Below, in pieces: positions 1-14,739 of a stretch of 64,000 bases of DNA. The notes below the pieces were generated by a model, which saw nothing but the letters and a program-made list of their open reading frames with translations, did not search any database and was not told where the DNA came from. The position numbers and the translations under genes are program-made. The stretch lies in the sequence record OU509535.1. One strand, written 5' to 3'. The stretch's first letter is position 1. Every line of letters starts with the position of its first letter.

Positions 1-56
1 ATAAAATCGAAACTATTCTAAGTATTACTGGTAATCTTCCACAAGCCGACGATTAA
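1..56 (+). CDS. 3' end of an upstream gene, truncated by the window edge (...KIETILSITGNLPQADD*)
   Basis: Open frame from position 3 to TAA at 54-56, followed by a terminator hairpin. Confidence 0.5.
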   Translation, partial: KIETILSITGNLPQADD

Positions 57-68
57 TACATTATAAAT

Positions 69-95
69 AAAAGCCTCCTTTTCTGGAGGCTTTTT
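69..95 (+). terminator. Rho-independent terminator
   Basis: Stem AAAAGCCTCC / GGAGGCTTTT with loop TTTTCT and a T tract. TATAAATA (62-69) lies immediately 5'. Confidence 0.75.
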
Positions 96-131
96 CTATC
101 TGTTAAGTGCAATTAAAAATAAGGAAATTTA

Positions 132-3100
132 ATGTATATTGATGCATATATGGAACGAAAACGTAGTGGTGATGTGTTGCACGTAGTAGAACGAAAAAAT
201 GGAAAGCGTATTCTACGAGAATTACAACCACTATATGAGTATTATGTAGAAAATGTTAATGGTAATCACAAAACCATTTATGGTACTAAAGCAGAAAAAC
301 TGGAATTCGATACTGCATCTGAACTAAAACGAAGTATAGAAAAAAATGTAGCAAATGGAATCAGAACATTTGAAGGTAAATTCAATGTTGTATTCAAAAC
401 ACTTGCTCAATATTATATGGGTACTGAATCACCAGATTTAAACATTGTATTCTTCGATATAGAAACTGATTTTCATAAGAAATTTGGTTATGCATCTCCA
501 TCTAATCCCTTTAATCGTGTAACAGCCATTTCATTATATCAGTCATGGACAGGTAAAGATTATGTACTTACCCTTGCTCCAGAAGATATGACAACAACAG
601 AAGCACAGGATATTGTCAATAAACTAAATGCGGAAACTAATGATCCAAATTCAAGTGTAATTCTTTATACTGATGAAAAGGAAATGTTCATGGATTTCTT
701 TAGTCTAATTGATGATAGTGATGTATTATCTGGATGGAATAGTGAATTTTTTGATATTCCTTACATGATTAACAGAACCAAAATTATCTTCAATGAAGCC
801 ATGACTGCTCGTTGGTGTTTATGGAATAAAAAACCAATTGCACGTGAAGCGGATAACTTTGGTAAATTGGTACAGACATATGATTTGGTTGGTCGAGTTC
901 ATCTTGATTATCTTGCTCTTTATAAGAAACACGCCGCTCAGGTAGAGCAATCGTATAAACTTGATTATATCGCAGAAAAAATCACAAAAGAAAATAAAGT
1001 ACAGTACGAAGGATCTCTGGATAAATTATATAGAGAAGATTATATGACTTTCCTTCGATATTCTAAACAGGATAGTATTCTTCTCAAAAAAATCGATTCT
1101 ATTCTTGACTATATTAGTCTGCATAACCGACTGGCACATAAAGAATGTGTTCTCATCAAAACTACTATGGGTTCAGTAGCACTGATTGACACTTCAATTA
1201 TCAATCTAGCACACAAACGTGGTGAAGTAGTATTTGATAAAAAAGAAGAGGTTGAAATTGATCCAGAACTTGAGTACTATGATGGATACGATGATGATGA
1301 AGACAATAATGATTCAAAACTCAGTGCAAAAGCAGCAGGTGCATGGGTACAAGATCCAATATTAGGATTAGTTGAATACTTAGGTTGTACTGACTTTAAC
1401 TCACTTTACCCAACTGTACTTCGAACTCTAGGAATGAGTACTGAATGTATTCTTGGGCAAATTAGACAAGATTATACAGAAAAATACTTAGAAGAACGTA
1501 TATCTGAACAAAAAGCAAAGTCTAAATCAAAATCATTTGAACCGGAGTGGACAGCAGCATGGCATGGTTTATTCGCCGCTGTGGAGTTTACGATGGTACA
1601 TGAAAGAAGTGAAAAACTACTGACTATTGATTTAGAAGATGGCAGTTCTTTCCAGGCAACTGGTTCACAGTTATATGATATTATATTCAGTCCAGAAAGT
1701 ACTATTGTACTTAGTGCAAATGGAACACTATTTGATAAATCAAAATATGGTGTTATTCCAGATATCCTAACGCAATGGTATTCTGAGCGTAAAGCCCAGC
1801 AAAAAATGGTAATTGATTATAAACATATGGCTTCAGATGGTTGGGAAATCCCATCACCTGATATTGTTCAAAATATGTTTTCACAATTCAGTACTAAATC
1901 ATACTATAAAACAAACCTTCATGAAGAAGATCCAGTATATCTTCTACGTAAAGCTATAGGTGATAATAATCTTGAAGAAATTGCTCGTATTATTGTAGAA
2001 AATAATTTAGTACTAAAAGATGGACGTATTTTTTGTTCAGATGAGGATAAAAAATATTTCAAACAACAAAGTGCCTTCTGGAAACAAAACCAACAAATTC
2101 GTAAAATTCTTCTAAACAGTCTTTATGGTGCACTATTGAACAAAGGAAGTACTTTCTTTGATAAACGACTTGGACAATCAGTAACACTAACTGGCCGCTC
2201 AATGACAAAACACATGGCAAGTCGCATTAATGAAATTACTACTGGAGTGTATAATCACACTGGTGGTAGTGTTATATATGGTGATACTGATTCTGTGTAC
2301 TTCAGCGTTGTTCATTATTTAAAAGAACAAAACATTCCATGTGATCTAAGTAAAGAAGAGATTGTGGATATGTATATAAAAATTGGTGATGAAGTGGGTG
2401 AGTCTTTTCCTGAATTTATGGACAAAATGTTCAATACTGGAATCGAAAAAGGTAAAATTGTTGGTGCTGACCTGGAAATGGTTGGCTCTCGCGGGCTGTT
2501 CCTTAAAAAGAAACGTTATGCTATACTGAAATATTGGGAAGATGGGTTCCGTAAAGATGTTGATGGTAAACCTGGTGAAATCAAAGCAATGGGGCTTGAG
2601 ATTAAGCGTTCAGATACACCAAAATACATCCAGAACTTCCTTGAAGAGACTTTAATGGCATTACTGGTAGGGGAGTCCGAGAGTGAATTAAAACAGCGTG
2701 TACGCGATTTTAAGGCGGTATTTAAGGACAAACCAGCACACGAAAAGGGTTCACCTAGAACAGTGAAAAATTATTCAAACCTTGAAGCTGATTTTAAAAA
2801 TACTGGTAAATGTCATGTAGGTCACGTCCTCGCTGGTATTCAATGGAATATGTTACGTAATGCATATGATGATAAAACTGTGCCAGAAGTTACTGATGGT
2901 ACTAAAGTGATTGTATGTGATTTGAAACCAAATCCACTTGGAATTACTAAAATTGGTTATCCAATTGATTGTGCTGAGTACTTACCTGAGTGGTTCCTTG
3001 AATTACCGTTCGATACAGATAAAATGGAAGAAATTATCTTAACTAAAAAACTGGATAATATCTTTGGTATTCTTGATATGGATATTGGTATTCATGAAAA

Positions 3101-3134
3101 AAGTACTGCACAGGATTTTGGATTTTTCTCGTAA
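132..3134 (+). CDS. 43: Family B DNA polymerase (T4 gp43-like) with 3'-5' exonuclease
   Basis: ExoI FFDIETD, ExoII GWNSEFFDIPY, motif A DFNSLYP, motif B KILLNSLYG, motif C YGDTDS, KKRY; 1000 aa. Confidence 0.97.
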   Translation: MYIDAYMERKRSGDVLHVVERKNGKRILRELQPLYEYYVENVNGNHKTIYGTKAEKLEFDTASELKRSIEKNVANGIRTFEGKFNVVFKTLAQYYMGTESPDLNIVFFDIETDFHKKFGYASPSNPFNRVTAISLYQSWTGKDYVLTLAPEDMTTTEAQDIVNKLNAETNDPNSSVILYTDEKEMFMDFFSLIDDSDVLSGWNSEFFDIPYMINRTKIIFNEAMTARWCLWNKKPIAREADNFGKLVQTYDLVGRVHLDYLALYKKHAAQVEQSYKLDYIAEKITKENKVQYEGSLDKLYREDYMTFLRYSKQDSILLKKIDSILDYISLHNRLAHKECVLIKTTMGSVALIDTSIINLAHKRGEVVFDKKEEVEIDPELEYYDGYDDDEDNNDSKLSAKAAGAWVQDPILGLVEYLGCTDFNSLYPTVLRTLGMSTECILGQIRQDYTEKYLEERISEQKAKSKSKSFEPEWTAAWHGLFAAVEFTMVHERSEKLLTIDLEDGSSFQATGSQLYDIIFSPESTIVLSANGTLFDKSKYGVIPDILTQWYSERKAQQKMVIDYKHMASDGWEIPSPDIVQNMFSQFSTKSYYKTNLHEEDPVYLLRKAIGDNNLEEIARIIVENNLVLKDGRIFCSDEDKKYFKQQSAFWKQNQQIRKILLNSLYGALLNKGSTFFDKRLGQSVTLTGRSMTKHMASRINEITTGVYNHTGGSVIYGDTDSVYFSVVHYLKEQNIPCDLSKEEIVDMYIKIGDEVGESFPEFMDKMFNTGIEKGKIVGADLEMVGSRGLFLKKKRYAILKYWEDGFRKDVDGKPGEIKAMGLEIKRSDTPKYIQNFLEETLMALLVGESESELKQRVRDFKAVFKDKPAHEKGSPRTVKNYSNLEADFKNTGKCHVGHVLAGIQWNMLRNAYDDKTVPEVTDGTKVIVCDLKPNPLGITKIGYPIDCAEYLPEWFLELPFDTDKMEEIILTKKLDNIFGILDMDIGIHEKSTAQDFGFFS

Positions 3135-3146
3135 TGATGGTGATAT

Positions 3147-3509
3147 ATGTTTGAAGATGAAATTCAAAGGAATAATGAATTGTATGAAGAGTATAAAAAA
3201 ATGAAATCTGAAACAAAACAAAAGAACATTAACATAAGAATTACAGAATGTCTAATGAGTAATACTATCGATTCAGTACTGGCATATGATGCAATAGATG
3301 AGGACATTCTAACCAAGAATGGTTTCGTTAGAACAGGAACTATTTCTTTGTGTAATGAGATTGTTGGTGTTTATAGAAACCCAGTAAATAAAAAAACTTT
3401 TACTATAGAAATTGGTGATGATGTAGAACATCCATCAAATTTCATTGAAAAGGTTAACAATGAAATAATTAAAAAATCAGATAAACACTATCTGTACAAC
3501 TGGAAATAA
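3147..3509 (+). CDS. Hypothetical protein (120 aa)
   Basis: ORF with GGTG SD-like sequence upstream, in operon order; no recognisable motif. Confidence 0.7.
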   Translation: MFEDEIQRNNELYEEYKKMKSETKQKNINIRITECLMSNTIDSVLAYDAIDEDILTKNGFVRTGTISLCNEIVGVYRNPVNKKTFTIEIGDDVEHPSNFIEKVNNEIIKKSDKHYLYNWK

Positions 3510-3530
3510 TTATTTTTTTATTAAAAAATC

Positions 3531-3558
3531 TGAACAAGACAAGCATTTGTGATAAAAT
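3531..3558 (+). promoter_or_regulatory. TGAACA-class promoter (TGAACA-N16-TAAAAT, extended -10 TG)
   Basis: Matches a motif repeated at about 10 intergenic sites. An inverted repeat CAAGCATTT...AAATGCTTG overlaps the -10. Confidence 0.65.
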
Positions 3559-3621
3559 GCTTGTGTTGGAAAAGCAAAGAAACAACGATTAAATTTATAA
3601 AATAACAAAGAGGAATTAAAT

Positions 3622-4365
3622 ATGGATCTACGCAGTGTACTACGCGATCTGATGAACACTACTTCTAGTATGAATTTTGATAAAATTTCCATTACTAAAG
3701 AAGATCGTGGCGATGGTGAAAAAATTTATATGGAAAGTAAAGCAGATCAAAATGCTATTGTAATGCGTGCGTATGTAAAAGAGTCCGTACCTGAACTGGT
3801 TGAACTAAGTGGTCGTTTTGGTCTAGGTCAACTAGGTTTACTACAAGGTCTTCTGAATCTTAATACATTTAAGACTGAAGACACAAAAATTGTACCAATT
3901 ATCAAAGATGGTGCTGTTAAAAGTTTAACCTTTACATCACCAGAAGCAACAACAAATTTTGTTGTTATTTCTGATAAACTAACACCACAGGCTGTTAAAG
4001 TTGCTGAGCGTGGTTATGAAATTCAAGTAACACCAAGTGCTTCTAAAATTCAGGAACTCAAAAGCTTTAGTTCTCTGTTCAAATCAATGAGTACTAAAAT
4101 TACTCCTTACACCGAAAATGGGACTCTATATTTCTCTTGTGGTGAGAAAAATAAAAATACTTCAGGTGGTGTACTTGCATTCTGCCTGTGTGATGTTGAA
4201 TACCCAATGCTACAAGGCTATGAAATTGATTCAGTACTATCAGCTACTGCTCGTGTAGCAAACGCAGAAAGTACTGAAATGTTTATTACAAATAAAGGTC
4301 TAATGAAAATTAAAGTTGATACTGGAATTGCAGTATACGAATTTTTCATGCAAGGTTCAGTATAA
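3622..4365 (+). CDS. Probable sliding clamp (gp45-like processivity factor)
   Basis: 247 aa with a clamp-like alternating beta/alpha pattern, located next to the polymerase. A clamp loader is present at 58712. The assignment is from family recollection. Confidence 0.6.
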   Translation: MDLRSVLRDLMNTTSSMNFDKISITKEDRGDGEKIYMESKADQNAIVMRAYVKESVPELVELSGRFGLGQLGLLQGLLNLNTFKTEDTKIVPIIKDGAVKSLTFTSPEATTNFVVISDKLTPQAVKVAERGYEIQVTPSASKIQELKSFSSLFKSMSTKITPYTENGTLYFSCGEKNKNTSGGVLAFCLCDVEYPMLQGYEIDSVLSATARVANAESTEMFITNKGLMKIKVDTGIAVYEFFMQGSV

Positions 4366-4375
4366 GTAATACTAA

Positions 4376-4400
4376 AATGGGGAAAATGAATTTCCCCATT
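4376..4400 (+). terminator. Stem-loop without U tract (weak terminator or RNA-stabilising hairpin)
   Basis: AATGGGGAAA / TTTCCCCATT, loop ATGAA. Confidence 0.45.
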
Positions 4401-4423
4401 ATAATAAAGGAGAAAATATAAAA

Positions 4424-4630
4424 ATGCCAATTTATACTTATCGTTGTAGTACCGAAAATTGTACTAATGTAGAAGATAAAATTGTTAAATATTCAGAACG
4501 TGAAAATCCAAAAGACTGTAAATTGTGTGGTTCTGAAAAATCAATGCATTTTGAAAATTTCACACCGGGTGACAAAGGTGCAGCTTTTAACTACAAAGGA
4601 AATTGGTTGAATACCACAGGGAGATATTAA
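4424..4630 (+). CDS. FmdB-family zinc-ribbon protein
   Basis: MPIYTYRC-x4-C...CKLCGS signature; AAGGAG SD. Confidence 0.8.
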   Translation: MPIYTYRCSTENCTNVEDKIVKYSERENPKDCKLCGSEKSMHFENFTPGDKGAAFNYKGNWLNTTGRY

Positions 4631-4631
4631 T

Positions 4632-4931
4632 ATGAAACTAAAAATGATTAATGATTATGTACTGGTAAAACTTATTAAAGCAGAGGATACTAGTGCTGGT
4701 GGTATTATTCTAAGCAATGTTGAACCGCCTTGCGTCGGTCTTGTATTGTCAGTAGGTAAGGGTAAAGTTCTACCTAATGGCGAAATTGCTGAACATGATA
4801 TTAAAGAAGGTGATATGGTTATTTTTGGTAAATCATCCCTTAATATACCAATTGAAGAAGATCTTGGTGGTGGAAAGGATACTTATCATGTAATGAAAAT
4901 TGAAGAAGTGTTTGGTAAGAAATATGCATAA
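4632..4931 (+). CDS. groES: GroES-like co-chaperonin (copy 1)
   Basis: DYVLVK, mobile loop TSAGGIIL, VLSVGKG, IKEGDMVIFGK. Confidence 0.92.
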   Translation: MKLKMINDYVLVKLIKAEDTSAGGIILSNVEPPCVGLVLSVGKGKVLPNGEIAEHDIKEGDMVIFGKSSLNIPIEEDLGGGKDTYHVMKIEEVFGKKYA

Positions 4932-5631
4932 GAAAAAACGTCTCTTTCCATTTTGGTTAATTCCAGCCCATTGGGGATTAACTGGAAAAGCAAAAGAACT
5001 CGCTAAAATCAATTATTATTATTCAGGAAAAGATGCTGATCTTATGAGTGCAGAACATATGTACTTAACTCCATATGAAATTGATAAAGCCAAAATGGAA
5101 ATCAACAAAAAATATGATGATATTAGTGAACTACTATATCGTATCGGTGTTGTTGATTTGGATTTAAAATACAATCGAATTTCTAAACTGGAGCACAGTA
5201 ATTTAGTACTGGACATTCGATATGAATTAAAAGAACTGGATGAAAAAGAGTACGAAGCTCAAAAAATCGAATTACTTCCTGATGGTGTGGAAAAGAAATT
5301 AGCTGCAATTGAATATTCATATAAGTATCATGAGATTACTGAAAATGAATATCATAAAGAAATCGCAACTATTAACAAAGAACCATGGGGTCAATTATAT
5401 TCATCATATAATCCAGAAGAAGGATCAATTGAATTTTCTTTTGATTATAATGAATATTTTTGGAAAAAACTAAAAGCTGATGGTCATCCGGGTAATGACG
5501 AAGATGAGATTATCGATAATTATATCAGATATTGTTGTCGAAACATTGCACAGGATGATAATGAAGTTTCTGAAAGTGATGATGTGGTAATTCCAGACAT
5601 TCTTCCAGAAGGATTTAAATCTTACAAATAA
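4924..5631 (+). CDS. Conserved hypothetical protein (about 235 aa)
   Basis: More likely start is the ATG at 4924 (MHKKK), overlapping the groES stop; helical, acidic C-terminus. Confidence 0.65.
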   Translation: MHKKKRLFPFWLIPAHWGLTGKAKELAKINYYYSGKDADLMSAEHMYLTPYEIDKAKMEINKKYDDISELLYRIGVVDLDLKYNRISKLEHSNLVLDIRYELKELDEKEYEAQKIELLPDGVEKKLAAIEYSYKYHEITENEYHKEIATINKEPWGQLYSSYNPEEGSIEFSFDYNEYFWKKLKADGHPGNDEDEIIDNYIRYCCRNIAQDDNEVSESDDVVIPDILPEGFKSYK

Positions 5632-5632
5632 T

Positions 5633-5665
5633 AAAAAAGGAGAATCATTTTGATTCTCCTTTTTT
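5633..5665. terminator. Bidirectional Rho-independent terminator between convergent genes
   Basis: Perfect 15-bp stem AAAAAAGGAGAATCA / TGATTCTCCTTTTTT, loop TTT. Confidence 0.9.
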
Positions 5666-5678
5666 TATATATTAAAAA

Positions 5679-6374
5679 TTAGCTTACCAGAGCAGGGATC
5701 CATTTATACATCTTAATGGCGAAATCACCCGCCGCATCAGCAGCGGTACTTAGTAGTGGAACTACGGTAACGCCATCTTTAGCCAGCATTGGAACACCAG
5801 TAAGATCATCAATCAACAGACGACCTACTTCTTTTTCAGTACTTGGAACACCCTGGAAGGAACGAATGTTTTTATCAAATACATCAGCACGTTCGATCAT
5901 AAAGGTAACAACAGTAGCAGCAGCGATTGAAGCAGTACCTACAGAAAGAACACCATTTGGTGCATTGGTAAAATCTTCAATAGCAACACCAGTAGGATTG
6001 CCAGCGATTTCAGAAGTACTCAGAATAACTGCACGTTGCTGAACGATATCAACAATACGTTGTAGATTCAGTTGAGCAGCATAGGCAGCATTGTAATCAG
6101 CTTCAAGTGTCGCAACAACGAATGGAGTACCGTCAACGCGGATAATGCCTTTTTCGTTAAGATAAGCAACGATTACTTCTGGTAGTTCAGTGTTTAGAAA
6201 ACGTTGAACACCGACAAATGAACTAATTGCACCAGTAACCATAAAATCAACATTACCTAGTTTACTTACAGCGATTGATGCAAGGGCATTCTTACCATAG
6301 AAGTAGCCAAGTACTTTATCATAAGAAAAGCCATTAATACGTTCAAATTCGGTATTAGTAGTATTAGTAGCCAT
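5679..6374 (-). CDS. Probable abundant virion (head decoration-like) protein, paralog B
   Basis: Ala/Val/Thr/Gly-rich, higher GC with strong codon bias, AGGGGA SD. Shares QRAVILSTS and TFMIERADVF motifs with the neighbouring gene. Confidence 0.6.
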   Translation of the reverse strand: MATNTTNTEFERINGFSYDKVLGYFYGKNALASIAVSKLGNVDFMVTGAISSFVGVQRFLNTELPEVIVAYLNEKGIIRVDGTPFVVATLEADYNAAYAAQLNLQRIVDIVQQRAVILSTSEIAGNPTGVAIEDFTNAPNGVLSVGTASIAAATVVTFMIERADVFDKNIRSFQGVPSTEKEVGRLLIDDLTGVPMLAKDGVTVVPLLSTAADAAGDFAIKMYKWIPALVS

Positions 6375-6389
6375 AGTTAATTCCCCTTA

Positions 6390-6998
6390 TTATAGTTGTA
6401 CTGGTAGTGCAGCACGTACTTTAACAGCAGCAGCAGTTGCAGCAGCGGCATTACCGCTTGCACCAGTACCACTTAGAGCATCGACAACGGCATCTTTAGT
6501 ACGGAAAATACCAGCCTGTACCAGTGCTTTAGCTAGATCTTCTGCTGGGTTAACAGGGACGTCATAAGCAGCACCTGGACGTTTATCTTGTTTGTTGAAT
6601 ACGTCTTGGCGTTCGATGATCCAAGTAATAGCAACAGAACCAGCACCACCAGCAACATCAACGCCGCTGGTTGCAAATGCAACTACATTAGCAGAAGCGG
6701 TTTTGAAATTGGAAGGGATAACAACATCAGTATCAAATGCAATTGTAGAAGTAGTAACCAGTACTGCACGTTGACGCAGCAGTGAAGTAATTACGAACTG
6801 ATTGTATTGAGCATTGGTTAGTGCAGTTTGAAGTGCCTGATCTTGTTCTTCAGAACCATCAGAAGTTACTTTGGTATGACCAACTTCAACATCAGTTGGT
6901 AGATCAATTACTACGGTTACGAAACCGTTATTACCACCCCACCATTCGCGGCTATCAGCACTCATACCATAGTTGCGGTTAAAAGAGTTAAGACTCAT
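6390..6998 (-). CDS. Probable abundant virion (head decoration-like) protein, paralog A
   Basis: Strong AAGGAG SD and upstream late-type GATAAATA. QRAVLVTTS and TWIIERQDVF motifs are shared with the 5679 gene. Confidence 0.6.
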   Translation of the reverse strand: MSLNSFNRNYGMSADSREWWGGNNGFVTVVIDLPTDVEVGHTKVTSDGSEEQDQALQTALTNAQYNQFVITSLLRQRAVLVTTSTIAFDTDVVIPSNFKTASANVVAFATSGVDVAGGAGSVAITWIIERQDVFNKQDKRPGAAYDVPVNPAEDLAKALVQAGIFRTKDAVVDALSGTGASGNAAAATAAAVKVRAALPVQL

Positions 6999-7048
6999 AA
7001 AAAATCTCCTTAGTCAATTTTGTTGTAAGTTTTCACCTTACTTAAAGT

Positions 7049-7056
7049 TATTTATC
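7049..7056 (-). promoter_or_regulatory. T4-type late promoter (GATAAATA)
   Basis: TAAATA core about 50 nt upstream of the highly biased virion-like gene pair; T4 late consensus is TATAAATA. Confidence 0.6.
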
Positions 7057-7131
7057 AAAATAAATCAGACCCCATTAAAATATAATAAAAAAGTCCAATT
7101 TTAACATAATAATATTTATCTTTTAAATATT

Positions 7132-7160
7132 TGAACGAATTAAAATCTAAATGATATAAT
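7132..7160 (+). promoter_or_regulatory. TGAACA-class promoter variant (TGAACG-N17-TATAAT, TG extended -10)
   Basis: Upstream of rnh; same architecture as the other copies. Confidence 0.65.
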
Positions 7161-7196
7161 ATTATTGCTTATTATGAAATGAAACGGAGTTCATAA

Positions 7197-8668
<1,472 letters not shown>

Positions 8669-8703
8669 TTCAGGAGAAATGATAAGGATATCATTTTATT
8701 TTT

Positions 8704-12054
<3,351 letters not shown>

Positions 12055-12068
12055 AAATACTAAAATAA

Positions 12069-13361
<1,293 letters not shown>

Positions 13362-13369
13362 ATAAAATC

Positions 13370-13397
13370 TGAACAAAAACTTGTAAGTTGATATAAT
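13370..13397 (+). promoter_or_regulatory. TGAACA-class promoter (TGAACA-N16-TATAAT, TG extended -10)
   Basis: Distal of two tandem promoters upstream of the SSB gene. Confidence 0.7.
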
Positions 13398-13449
13398 GAA
13401 TATTGTAAGGAGATGTACCTACAAATATAAAAAAGCAGTTAAATAATTT

Positions 13450-13478
13450 TGAACAAAAACACAAAAATGTTCTATAAT
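13450..13478 (+). promoter_or_regulatory. TGAACA-class promoter (TGAACA-N17-TATAAT)
   Basis: Proximal of two tandem promoters upstream of the SSB gene. Confidence 0.7.
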
Positions 13479-13571
13479 TATTTGGTAGGAAGGAAGAATG
13501 AATTTTCTTCTGATATTAGTGACAAAGAAAATATAAACAAAGATGCAATTAAACATAAAGGACTATAATCT

Positions 13572-14657
13572 ATGAAAACTCTAGCAGAAATTCGTGCAGA
13601 ACTAAAAGCTCAAGCTGAAAAACAAGAAGCTCAAAAGAATGGTACATTTGTTGGTGAACGTAAACCAGATTCTTTCTTGGCTTTTTGGAATGTTGGTTTA
13701 AATGAAACTCTAAACCTTCGTTTTCTACCTGATGCAGATGAATCAAATCCATATTTCTGGCGTGAACGTGATATGATTAATCTTACCTTTAATGGTATTA
13801 AAGGTGTTAAACAAGAACGTGTAACTGTTCAAGTGCCATGTAATGAAATGTGGGTACCAAAAAGCTGCCCAGTATTGACTGAAGTTCGCAAATGGTTTGA
13901 TGAAGCAAATAAAACCGGAAACGAGGAACTGAAAAAACTAGCATCCTCTTACTGGAAAAAGAAAACCTATCTGATGCAATGTTTTATTGCTCCAGACAGT
14001 GCACCAGTTAAAGATGATATTGCTCCAGAAAACCCAATTCGTCGAATTCTAGCTAATAAAGATATCTTCGAAAAAGTAAAATCCATTCTACTTAATCCTG
14101 GTATCAAAGAAATGCCAACTCACTTCGAATATGGTCGTGATTTTGGCATTACTAAAACTAAAAATGGTGGTGGGTATAACAATTATGATAGCTCACAATT
14201 TTCTATGTCTGAACGTCCACTAAGTGCAGAAGAACGTGCAGCAATTGAAAAATATGGTCTGTATAATCTAAATGATTTTATGCCAAAACAACCAAACGCA
14301 GAAGAACTACAAGCAATCAAAGAAATGTTCGAAGCATCAGTAAAAGGTGAAGCTTATGATCCAGATCGTTGGGCTTTTGCTTACCGTCCAGCAGGTGTTC
14401 AAAAACCACAAACTACATCTCCTGCTGATGTGATTGCTAGTGCAAATATTCAAACTCCATCTGTAAGTACTGAACCAACAACTCCTGTTGTAGAGAGTAC
14501 CAGTACTGCTGCATCAGACCTGCTAAATCGCCTGAAAACTAACAGTACTGCACCAGTACAGGAACCAGTAGTTACATCAGCACCAGTTCCTGAAACTACC
14601 AAAAGTACTGCTTCAGCAGCAGATCTAATTGCCCGTCTGAAACAACAACAAAAATAA
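13572..14657 (+). CDS. 32: Single-stranded DNA-binding protein (T4 gp32-like)
   Basis: LRFLPDAD, FWRE, CPVL and YWKKK core motifs, with a long S/T/P/A-rich linker; adjacent to uvsX. Confidence 0.85.
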   Translation: MKTLAEIRAELKAQAEKQEAQKNGTFVGERKPDSFLAFWNVGLNETLNLRFLPDADESNPYFWRERDMINLTFNGIKGVKQERVTVQVPCNEMWVPKSCPVLTEVRKWFDEANKTGNEELKKLASSYWKKKTYLMQCFIAPDSAPVKDDIAPENPIRRILANKDIFEKVKSILLNPGIKEMPTHFEYGRDFGITKTKNGGGYNNYDSSQFSMSERPLSAEERAAIEKYGLYNLNDFMPKQPNAEELQAIKEMFEASVKGEAYDPDRWAFAYRPAGVQKPQTTSPADVIASANIQTPSVSTEPTTPVVESTSTAASDLLNRLKTNSTAPVQEPVVTSAPVPETTKSTASAADLIARLKQQQK

Positions 14658-14691
14658 TAAGTTTTTTTTGGTACAATATAGAGTATATAAT

Positions 14692-14717
14692 AAAGGAGCT
14701 ATGGATTAGCTCCTTTT
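14692..14717 (+). terminator. Rho-independent terminator
   Basis: AAAGGAGCTA / TAGCTCCTTT stem followed by a T tract. Confidence 0.75.
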
Positions 14718-14739
14718 CATTTCAAATGGAGAATTGAAT

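Noticed and set aside
13398-13540. Tiny upstream ORFs in the SSB leader (MNIVRRCTYKYKKAVK, MYLQI, MNFLLILVTKKI)
   Set aside because: Too short, with no supporting features; expected by chance in AT-rich DNA.
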